From the IMG/VR virus record IMGVR_UViG_3300044213_000107, positions 196,724 to 260,723 of that record: a stretch of 64,000 nt of DNA, one strand, 5' to 3'. The notes below the pieces were generated by a model. The model was given only the letters and a program-made list of their open reading frames with translations. It did no database searches and was not told the origin of the DNA. The position numbers and the translations under genes are program-made. Shown here in pieces: positions 56,093-64,000 of this stretch (position 1 is its first letter; every line of letters starts with the position of its first letter).

Positions 56093-58105
56093 TTAATGAC
56101 TCGCTGGAAGATTATTAATAGCAGTAACTGTTTGGCCGCTGGTCAGTTTAATTCTAACATAAATCTCATTTGATCCTGTGCTAGAACTACTTAATGTTCC
56201 AAATGTTGCAGTATATGCAGTACCCGAAATCTGCGTATTTGTTGGCATGGTACCAGACAACGCACAACCTGCAGAGCCGTTGCCACCGGAACCTGTTCCC
56301 GGAATCCCAGAACCTCCGTAAGGAGTAGTTAATGATAGCCAACCGTTAGTTGGCGAAGCATATCCTGAATCAGTTAATCCAGGTATAGCGACCCAACATC
56401 CTGCAATGCCTGTGCTGCCTGTGGTTAATTGTATATCAAATTTACTAACTGTGGTTCTTTGAAATTTATATGTGATATATTGGCTGGCACTGCGTCCCGA
56501 ACTTAAATTTGGCCCTACTGGCAAATAACCTGTGGAATAATTGGTTGTATCATACTTTAGCACGCTGCCTACTACAGTAGCATCAGTAGCTAACAAAGTG
56601 CTAGACTGGCTGTTAAACGCCGATTCTGATCCTGTATAAGCAGGATTATCGGCTGCAGTACCGCCGTCGGGGTTAACAATACGATAACCGTTGCTTGAAT
56701 ACCCACCGCCAAGGCTTACACTCACGGGTATTGCAGTTTCTTCAATTTGGTTAGATGTTCCAGTTTTATACAACACTGTAACTCCAGGTGATATAGATCC
56801 ACTTGATCCCGAGCTGTAGGGATTTGAAAAAGAAATTGCTGGTCCTGTTGAGCTTGATCCAAATCCTGATATAGTACTCACAGAAGTTTCAAAATATTTT
56901 GACGCGGTTAAATTTCTAGACAAAGGCGTAGATATTGCGGGTATAAAACTTGAATAACTTGGTGTAGACGGTGTACTAAATGCCCCACCGGAACTAACAC
57001 CAAACGGACTATTAGTATATAAATCGCCGGACAAGTTCGAAACATTTCCTCGAATTTTAAATGTAGAACTATTGTTAAAATGCGGAATAGTACTTGAATA
57101 TGTTGTACTATTACTTGTTAAGACTATACTAGTGTTACTAAATGTTGGAGTCCCAGTAGTGCTGGCATCATAATACCAAACAGCATCATTTGTTTGTGCC
57201 CCGGTCGCATTGTCAGATATATGTACTCTATTCCATCCTGCAGGAACTCCGCCTGTTGATACCGCATAAGTTGAAAAAACTGTCCAAAATCCAGCTGTCA
57301 CAGATGATACTACTGTATGATAATCTTCTACATTGTAAACATACAAATTACCATTTGTGGTATTACTGTTAGCTCCGTTTAATGTTACATTACCGTTAGG
57401 TGTACCATTAACATAAGCAGTTACCGTACCTGCGCTGCCGGGCCCAACATTTGTTACTGACGATGTTTGGAATATTGCAGAACGTACCGCGCTTACACTT
57501 GTTCCAGCAGCGACACTCAAGTTGCTCCATCCAGAATTATCAGTTTGTGTAAAATTGGTCATTAATCCACTAACTGTTCCAGTAGTAACAGAAATAGTGG
57601 TATTATTAGGAAAGTTTGGCGGTGACGGTGGTACTAATTTTCCTAATACATAATTTAATTCTGCAAGTGCATTTGTAACCGTAGTTGTTTGAGTTAATGT
57701 CACTGCATTACTAATAAATGCCGAAACAGTATTTGCTCCTAAAACAATTGTGTTACCATAGGCTCCACCTGAACTAATAACATCACTGATATTCTGAAAA
57801 CTTAAATTTCCGTTACCATCAGTAGTAACAACATAACTTGGTCCCCCGCCACTTAGCGTAATATTACTAAGAGATCCAAGATTTATTACTCCAGTATTAC
57901 TTGAAATAGCATTGCCGGTGATTATTAAATTTGATATTTTAGCATTGCCGGTGCTATCAAATGAATATTGAGGATTAGCATTGTTAATACCAACATATCT
58001 ATTAACTACATCAAAATAAGCTAAGTTACCGTCAATAGCAATAGGTACTCCCTGGCGATCCAGGTTGTTTGATAACATCGGTCCGTTTATGCGAGCAATT
58101 GCCAT
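56093..58105 (-). CDS. Ser/Thr-rich virion protein, 670 aa
   Basis: In the fibre operon. Confidence 0.7.
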   Translation of the reverse strand: MAIARINGPMLSNNLDRQGVPIAIDGNLAYFDVVNRYVGINNANPQYSFDSTGNAKISNLIITGNAISSNTGVINLGSLSNITLSGGGPSYVVTTDGNGNLSFQNISDVISSGGAYGNTIVLGANTVSAFISNAVTLTQTTTVTNALAELNYVLGKLVPPSPPNFPNNTTISVTTGTVSGLMTNFTQTDNSGWSNLSVAAGTSVSAVRSAIFQTSSVTNVGPGSAGTVTAYVNGTPNGNVTLNGANSNTTNGNLYVYNVEDYHTVVSSVTAGFWTVFSTYAVSTGGVPAGWNRVHISDNATGAQTNDAVWYYDASTTGTPTFSNTSIVLTSNSTTYSSTIPHFNNSSTFKIRGNVSNLSGDLYTNSPFGVSSGGAFSTPSTPSYSSFIPAISTPLSRNLTASKYFETSVSTISGFGSSSTGPAISFSNPYSSGSSGSISPGVTVLYKTGTSNQIEETAIPVSVSLGGGYSSNGYRIVNPDGGTAADNPAYTGSESAFNSQSSTLLATDATVVGSVLKYDTTNYSTGYLPVGPNLSSGRSASQYITYKFQRTTVSKFDIQLTTGSTGIAGCWVAIPGLTDSGYASPTNGWLSLTTPYGGSGIPGTGSGGNGSAGCALSGTMPTNTQISGTAYTATFGTLSSSSTGSNEIYVRIKLTSGQTVTAINNLPASH

Positions 58106-58118
58106 TAAGTGTTAGTCC

Positions 58119-58538
58119 TTATGCAGCATTTGTGCTGTTAAGATTATGAATAACAACAATTGTATTTGGATTTACGCCCGGTGCAGGAGGTGGACTTGTA
58201 AAATGTATTGTTGTACCACTAACAGTATAATTTGTTCCAGGTTGTTGATAAACTCCGCCAATAATAACTACTATTGATCGTGTATCTGTTTCTGCCTGCG
58301 ACATAGTAAAGTCTGTTGTAGTATTGTCGCCAGTAAACGTATCAATAACTATCTGTACAGATCCAATTTTAGCAACTTGATTCCATTGGTTGTTATAATA
58401 AAATTCAATTTTATTATTGTCAGTATTATAGCGTATAACTCCGTTGGTTGGTGAATCACCAGTTGAGTTGTTGCCAATTGGCAATCTTGCACCAACTACA
58501 CCAGGTATTAGATCAGGATTTTTAAGTAGTCTTCCCAT
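58119..58538 (-). CDS. small virion protein
   Basis: GVIRYN and FTGD..FTMSQ..IGGVYQ modules. Confidence 0.75.
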   Translation of the reverse strand: MGRLLKNPDLIPGVVGARLPIGNNSTGDSPTNGVIRYNTDNNKIEFYYNNQWNQVAKIGSVQIVIDTFTGDNTTTDFTMSQAETDTRSIVVIIGGVYQQPGTNYTVSGTTIHFTSPPPAPGVNPNTIVVIHNLNSTNAA

Positions 58539-58540
58539 TG

Positions 58541-58852
58541 TTAAATTCCTATAGAACTTACAGTGGCTACAATAGCATTAGGTGCAGTACAATTTGCTTG
58601 TATAGTATCTCCTGTTGATAAAATAAATTTTTCTGAACTTATAATATATGTATTATTTGCCGGGATAGTTAATAAACCATAAATTTGATTATAAGTACCC
58701 GCAATATTACCAGCAGTTACAAGATAAAGATTTGCAGAAACTGCAGTACCAGTTGAATTATAAAAATGAATAGTAGTTGCTGCACTGGTATTAGCACTAA
58801 CATAAATGTTTGCTGCAGTTGAATTTGTTATTACTGTACTTAAAATTGTCAT
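58541..58852 (-). CDS. small virion protein
   Basis: ILSTGDTIQA beta-rich motif; GGA RBS before MTIL. Confidence 0.7.
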   Translation of the reverse strand: MTILSTVITNSTAANIYVSANTSAATTIHFYNSTGTAVSANLYLVTAGNIAGTYNQIYGLLTIPANNTYIISSEKFILSTGDTIQANCTAPNAIVATVSSIGI

Positions 58853-58856
58853 ATGT

Positions 58857-59423
58857 TTATCCAAAAATTATTGCGTATTTAATAGACGATGGTGTTGTTG
58901 CTAACTCTAAATTTGTTACTGTATTGTTTGTTACATATAACCCCGAGTGGCCAGGAGTTGGTGTTCCAGCAAATAATACTATATTATAATTAGAATCGTA
59001 AATTGTACGGCCAGCAATATTTAAATTTCCGCCTAGTGCAGGACTAGTATCTTGTACTACCGCAGTTAACGCAGATCCAGCACCTGTACCAACTGTGCCT
59101 ATGTTTGCAAAATTAGTTCCATCGTTTGTTAGTTGCCAATGTTGCAGAGTTTCGTTCCAACGAAGTTGTACGTTAGCACTGGTTCCGCGATCAACTTCAA
59201 TTGCAGCACCTAAAGGATTCGGAGGACTAGTTAAACTTAGCCCATGATTTAGTGTAATGACATGATCAGAAATAGCAGTATCGGTGCTAACAATAGTTTG
59301 ACTGTTACCGGTTACATATAAATTACCGTTAATAGTAACCGTACCACTGGTAATATTAATTTTGTCGTTTGGGCCAATTGATGTTATATTCCAATCGCCG
59401 CGAATATTAGTATTCTGTGCCAT
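58857..59423 (-). CDS. virion protein, 188 aa
   Basis: DHVITLN, IEVDRG, VVQDTSPALGGNL. Confidence 0.75.
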   Translation of the reverse strand: MAQNTNIRGDWNITSIGPNDKINITSGTVTINGNLYVTGNSQTIVSTDTAISDHVITLNHGLSLTSPPNPLGAAIEVDRGTSANVQLRWNETLQHWQLTNDGTNFANIGTVGTGAGSALTAVVQDTSPALGGNLNIAGRTIYDSNYNIVLFAGTPTPGHSGLYVTNNTVTNLELATTPSSIKYAIIFG

Positions 59424-59473
59424 TTATTGTATCCGTTATAAGATATTTATCTTATTTAAAAGACTGTTCGGGC

Positions 59474-59502
59474 AAAAAAATAGCAGCCGAAGCTGCTATT
59501 TT
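59474..59502 (-). terminator. intrinsic terminator
   Basis: AAAATAGCAGC-TTCG-GCTGCTATTTTTTT. Confidence 0.9.
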
Positions 59503-59516
59503 GTAGTTATGCAGTA

Positions 59517-60260
59517 TTAAGCTGCATCAGGAATTTGTACAAAACCTGTGGCACCATTTGCTTTATCAACTACATAAGGGTTGGCAGTAGTTGGTGATTG
59601 GCTCCAATAACGGTACTTGTTGCGATATCCGTGTCCATCGTTACCAAAGTCCCAAACCCAACGGTTTGTAAGTTTACTAGCGTAGAATCCTGTTTCCATA
59701 GTGTAATTGCCACTTGGGGGATCTCCGTCTTGACTGCTAAAACCAATTGTTACATTACCATAGCCGCCAACGGTTGCATTGATTGCTGTAACTGTTACAG
59801 TACCAGTGATGCTTTGGCCAACGTTATGAATTACTTGACCAACAGTTGGTGCTGCACCAACTAAGCTAGAAACTTGATAATGTAAATATGAATATGTCTG
59901 AGCTCCTATTGTGTCAGCAATATTTCCACTGAATGTTCCGGTATACACAGGAACATTCATTTGACCAGATGTCAAAGTATTATTGTTAACCAATGTGCAT
60001 GTCTTTTGTGTTGTACCATCGGTGCACAAAAATTTGTGTTCGCCTTTGGCACGTAATAAACTACCGTCTGTTCGACCGTTTCCAGTATTAACTTGAGCAT
60101 GAATTTGTGCACCTGCTTGTGTATAAATACCACCAACTGAACCAGGATGTCCTGTTACACCATTACTGGTGATTGTTTCTGGACCTGTATAACGGTCTGT
60201 GCGTGTTGCACCTGTACCGGTATTACCGCTAGGTGTCTTACTAATTTTTAATTTTGCCAT
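59517..60260 (-). CDS. virion (possibly head decoration) protein, 247 aa
   Basis: Follows the capsid gene; own TAAATA and AAGGA RBS. Confidence 0.7.
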   Translation of the reverse strand: MAKLKISKTPSGNTGTGATRTDRYTGPETITSNGVTGHPGSVGGIYTQAGAQIHAQVNTGNGRTDGSLLRAKGEHKFLCTDGTTQKTCTLVNNNTLTSGQMNVPVYTGTFSGNIADTIGAQTYSYLHYQVSSLVGAAPTVGQVIHNVGQSITGTVTVTAINATVGGYGNVTIGFSSQDGDPPSGNYTMETGFYASKLTNRWVWDFGNDGHGYRNKYRYWSQSPTTANPYVVDKANGATGFVQIPDAA

Positions 60261-60357
60261 TTTATTTTTCCTTTAATGTTAGCGTTCTAGGCTACCCAGA
60301 GTGGTGCTCTGAGAGTTACTCGGTGTGAGCGAACATGGTATTTACCGTAAGATCAAC

Positions 60358-60381
60358 AAAAAAGGCTCCGAAGAGCCTTTT
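60358..60381 (-). terminator. intrinsic terminator after the capsid gene
   Basis: AAAAGGCTC-TTCG-GAGCCTTTTTT. Confidence 0.9.
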
Positions 60382-60422
60382 AAGTAACTTCCCATCCCGA
60401 GGGTAAAAAGTTTATTCCTGGA

Positions 60423-61613
60423 TTATTGGAATGATAGATTTGCTACACTGATTTCGCTCAAGTAGTCACCAGCATTTCCTAGAGAAGATGCTGTGTTGGT
60501 CAACTCAACATAACCATAACGTGTCATGAAGCCAACTACTGGTTCGAATGTGCTTGGATCTAAAACAACACCAGAACTCATCAATGGAATATATGGGCAA
60601 TAGAACGCTGCAGCATCTGCCTCGCTAGTACCTTTGTATCCAACCAATACGTTTTGTGTGTCTTGAGCATAAGCGTCAACATAAATCTTCATTGCGCCAT
60701 TTAATGTACCAACAAACTTAGTGTTTGTAGGAGCTTCAAATGTACCTTCTGTAGTGCGAGCAAAAGCACTAGTTGTAGCACTTTGTAGAACTGTCAATGC
60801 AGCTGAGCTTACAACAGCCCAGTTACCAGCGCCACGACGTGTACGTTGTGCAATCAAGTTAGCCGAACGATTGATCAACACTGCTAGAGCAGCGTGTTCG
60901 TCACCAACAAATGTAGCTGTACCGCTAACTGCGCTTTGGTCATATGCGTAGTCAGTTGCAGCTAATGCACGTAGTGAGCCAAGAATTTCTTGGTCAATTT
61001 CAACTGTGATTTCTTGTGCTAGAGCAGCCATGATTTCTGCTTCAACATCCAAGCCATGCATAGCTTGTGCGTCTTGAGCAGCTTCAAATGTCCAACGAGC
61101 TGACAACTTGCGAGTTTTAGCCTCAACAACTTGTTTCAAGATTTGGACGTTGATTCTGTTACCAGCAACGCCTTCAAGTGTACTTGTGCTAGCTGGACGG
61201 CCTGTACCTGTACCTTGGAATGTGCTACCAGAATACTGAGTAGCAATCTTAAATGGGCTCAATGCTTCATCACCAGCAGTAGTAGTTTGGCTACCATCAA
61301 CGCTGTTTGTAACACCATCAGCATAGCGAACACGCAATGTGTGGATTTGAGCAACTGGACCTGTCATTGGCTGAACACCAACGATTTCGTTAGCAATAAC
61401 TGTAGGCATAACACGACGGATAACTGGTAGAATAACACGGTTAAGTGTAGCTACGTTACCTGCTTGAGTTGCACCAGCTGTTGCATTCTCCATCAAACTC
61501 TTACGAGTGTTTTCAAGGATAACACCCATAGTTGTGCGGCGTGAACCTTTAAGACCTTCAAGTAGGGCTTCTTTGGTTTCGCCCCAACGATTCTCTAATA
61601 ATGCGGTTGTCAT
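60423..61613 (-). CDS. major capsid protein (gp23-like)
   Basis: IVGVQPMTGP, AKTRKLSARWTFEAAQD, EIDQEIL, FYCPYIPL, GFMTRYG. Confidence 0.96.
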   Translation of the reverse strand: MTTALLENRWGETKEALLEGLKGSRRTTMGVILENTRKSLMENATAGATQAGNVATLNRVILPVIRRVMPTVIANEIVGVQPMTGPVAQIHTLRVRYADGVTNSVDGSQTTTAGDEALSPFKIATQYSGSTFQGTGTGRPASTSTLEGVAGNRINVQILKQVVEAKTRKLSARWTFEAAQDAQAMHGLDVEAEIMAALAQEITVEIDQEILGSLRALAATDYAYDQSAVSGTATFVGDEHAALAVLINRSANLIAQRTRRGAGNWAVVSSAALTVLQSATTSAFARTTEGTFEAPTNTKFVGTLNGAMKIYVDAYAQDTQNVLVGYKGTSEADAAAFYCPYIPLMSSGVVLDPSTFEPVVGFMTRYGYVELTNTASSLGNAGDYLSEISVANLSFQ

Positions 61614-61641
61614 AATTTCCTATTCTCCTTTTAGGGTTACT

Positions 61642-62742
61642 TTATAGCCCTGCTAGACGCTTCAACTCAATAACATTAGTGTCATTAGTCGGTTCCGCTG
61701 CGACTTTAGCAGTCTTATCTCCAGTTACTTCTGAACGACTTTCTGCAATCATCTGCTTGGGTGCAGATTGAACTACAGGCTTGTTATTCAAAACAGCTGG
61801 AAGATACTTATCAAATGCAGCCTGTAACTTGTGGGTCTGCACTGATTCGAGAAGTTCGCTCATTACTGCGGCTTTCTCTTTGTTCAATGGTTTCAATAGA
61901 TTTGTAAGTGTATCCTTACGCTCTGTTGATTCCTTGATTATACGAATTTCACGCTCTTTGCTTTCAACAAGAGCAGCTTTCTCACTGGCAGCTTTTTGAG
62001 CTTCAGCAATTACGGCTTCTTTTTCTTCTAAGGCTTTTTGCAATTTTGCAACTTCTTTGTTCTCATTTAAATGAGTAACTGCGAATTCGCTAGCAAAAGC
62101 TTCGAATAAACGACGTCCAAACATGTTCTCACGAGCAATATGGATATCTTCTTTAAGTTGGGTCAATTCTGTCTCTAGATTCTTTGTAACAGATTCTTTA
62201 ACAAGTGCTGCACTACGAGAAACAAATTTTTGTTGTAGCTCGCTTAGTTTTTCCTTGGCACCAGCAATTAAGCGTACTTTGGTTTCAACTACTGCACGTT
62301 TGTCTTGTTCAAACTCTTTGATCTCTTCAGCTAGTGCACGGATTACAAATTTCTCTAGTTTACTGATACTATTCTCATAAACTTTACGATCTTTGCGTAA
62401 TTCTTTAATTTCTTCGGCTAGAGTACTAGTCATGAAACTATTAAATTTGCCAGCACTTTCTTTCATGTGAACTTTAAACTTCACACGATCCTCAGCAAGA
62501 GCACGCTTTTCAGAGTGAAACTCTTCTAATTCTGCTGTAAGACTTTCTGTTACCATCTTGTCTAAAGCTTCAACCATGACTTGTTTGTCATGCTGATAGC
62601 GTTGGGCAAACTCTTCACGAAGTTCAGCACGGACTGTTTCTTTAGCTTCGGAAAGTTTTGCTTCCCAAGCTTCATTAATAGCCTGTGATGTATCTTCATT
62701 AATGATGCCACTATCTAGCAACGGTTTGATAGCATCTAACAT
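61642..62742 (-). CDS. prohead core scaffold protein (gp22-like)
   Basis: Glu/Lys coiled coil between the protease and capsid genes. Confidence 0.85.
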   Translation of the reverse strand: MLDAIKPLLDSGIINEDTSQAINEAWEAKLSEAKETVRAELREEFAQRYQHDKQVMVEALDKMVTESLTAELEEFHSEKRALAEDRVKFKVHMKESAGKFNSFMTSTLAEEIKELRKDRKVYENSISKLEKFVIRALAEEIKEFEQDKRAVVETKVRLIAGAKEKLSELQQKFVSRSAALVKESVTKNLETELTQLKEDIHIARENMFGRRLFEAFASEFAVTHLNENKEVAKLQKALEEKEAVIAEAQKAASEKAALVESKEREIRIIKESTERKDTLTNLLKPLNKEKAAVMSELLESVQTHKLQAAFDKYLPAVLNNKPVVQSAPKQMIAESRSEVTGDKTAKVAAEPTNDTNVIELKRLAGL

Positions 62743-62755
62743 CTGGTATCTCCTA

Positions 62756-63394
62756 TTATATCTTTAAATCTTTGATAAGGCGTGTTACTGCCTCTTTCAG
62801 GTACTTCTGTACTTTTTGATCTTGAGTGGCATCACGCGCCATCTCAAATACTTGCGTACCACCACGCATATTCATAAGCCCTTCATAAATTGCTTTAGGA
62901 TATGCATGCGGTGCACTGGGTTGTGCCACAATGTCCACGGTAATGATTTCAAAATCACTGACATGACCACTGCTTTCATTGACATTACCTGATCCACGGC
63001 TACTAACACCTAACTTAACACCACTGGATAACATAGCTTCAACCAGTTTGCCCATGGGTGTTGGCAGGACTTTTAGTTTGCCGTGACCACAAGGACCATC
63101 CATCCACATTTGTTCAATCATGTGGCTAACACGGTCCAAGTTGATTTTCAAATCGTCTGGGTGATCTACTTCGCCCAGCACACTATAACCACCTTTGATT
63201 TGTTCGTTGATGGTATTAACAGCTTTTCCAATTTCGTGAACAGGATACACACGATGGTTGGCGTTTTCTACGCCACCTTCAATGAATATGCCTTTCATGT
63301 AGAGATTTTTACCTTTGCCGTCAGCAGAGTCCTCAGATAGCACTGTGATCCCTGCACGGTCAAATGTCAAATTCTCTTTTAGATATAAGGCCAT
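62756..63394 (-). CDS. prohead protease (gp21-like)
   Basis: NANHRVY, LGEVDHP, VSH, GVSSRGSG, DIVAQPSAP. Confidence 0.95.
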   Translation of the reverse strand: MALYLKENLTFDRAGITVLSEDSADGKGKNLYMKGIFIEGGVENANHRVYPVHEIGKAVNTINEQIKGGYSVLGEVDHPDDLKINLDRVSHMIEQMWMDGPCGHGKLKVLPTPMGKLVEAMLSSGVKLGVSSRGSGNVNESSGHVSDFEIITVDIVAQPSAPHAYPKAIYEGLMNMRGGTQVFEMARDATQDQKVQKYLKEAVTRLIKDLKI

Positions 63395-63407
63395 TTACTA
63401 TTCCTGA

Positions 63408-64000
63408 TTAGCGAACTCGGCCGCCAATTTCGCTTTTGGAATTAATAGCTACACTACCATCACTTCCTACTTGCTTGCCTTCTTTGCCTTTGGCTTTTTC
63501 GTAGCTGCCTTGATTTGCTTTGAATGCTTTTTTGCCAGCATCCCCGCCTGGACGATTCATAACATCGCCAATTAAATCACTACCAGTTTTTTGCAACTTG
63601 CCATCGGCTTTTCCTGCTGGATTTAGTCCGTCTTGATTTTGATTGCCACCACCTTGGTTTAAGTTACCGGCTGTACCGCCCATGTCATTTTCGCTGGCTA
63701 CAATACCTTGTGTGTTTACATTTGGCTCATCACCACCTGTACCTACAGTATGGCCTTCACCTTCGGTGCCTTTGTAGAAATCTTGAATCTTTTCTACATA
63801 TTCACGCATTAATTCAGATTCGCTTAAACCAGAACCTGATTTACCAGATTTGCTTGAGCCACTCTTACCTGATTGTGCAGAACCTGACTTGCCGCTTTGA
63901 CCGGCTGCTTCCATCATACCTTCATCAGCACCAACTTTATGTTGTCCAAACTCTGGCTCGCCTGGCTCATCTAAATCACCATCACCGTCGATATCGCCTG
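63408..64000 (-). CDS. acidic prohead core protein, 5'-truncated by the window edge
   Basis: Frame stays open to the window end; GKSGS repeats. Confidence 0.7.
   Translation of the reverse strand, partial: GDIDGDGDLDEPGEPEFGQHKVGADEGMMEAAGQSGKSGSAQSGKSGSSKSGKSGSGLSESELMREYVEKIQDFYKGTEGEGHTVGTGGDEPNVNTQGIVASENDMGGTAGNLNQGGGNQNQDGLNPAGKADGKLQKTGSDLIGDVMNRPGGDAGKKAFKANQGSYEKAKGKEGKQVGSDGSVAINSKSEIGGRVR

Noticed and set aside
43843-63340. Many 60-160 aa plus-strand ORFs opposite structural genes
   Set aside because: Antisense shadows of codon-biased genes, with no RBS or recognisable motifs.

Overview
A 64-kb segment of a large T4-like (myovirus or jumbo-type) phage genome, almost all transcribed from the minus strand. 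1-9.3 kb: an array of 26 CCA-ending tRNA genes covering all 20 amino acids. It is interrupted by cargo genes (two radical SAM enzymes, a 2OG-Fe(II) oxygenase, two HNH-type nucleases, a CDGSH-like mini-protein), three orphan tRNA 3' fragments and several unexplained structured RNAs. At the head of this region is a candidate ribosome-coupled attenuator: a sigma70 promoter, a leaderless 41-codon peptide containing all 20 amino acids, an antiterminator that overlaps its stop codon, and an intrinsic terminator. 9.3-18.3 kb: lipoprotein, methyltransferase, UvsY, GIY-YIG endonuclease, UvsX and gp32 SSB. 18.3-28.5 kb: a large terminase gene fractured by an atypically split intein with a free-standing endonuclease between the halves, plus head-associated proteins. 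28.5-64 kb: head completion, tail tube and sheath, dNMP kinase, neck and tail terminator, a family of modular Thr/Asn-rich fibre proteins (one of 2366 aa), major capsid protein, scaffold and prohead protease. All calls come from reading motifs by eye; no searches or folding programs were run.
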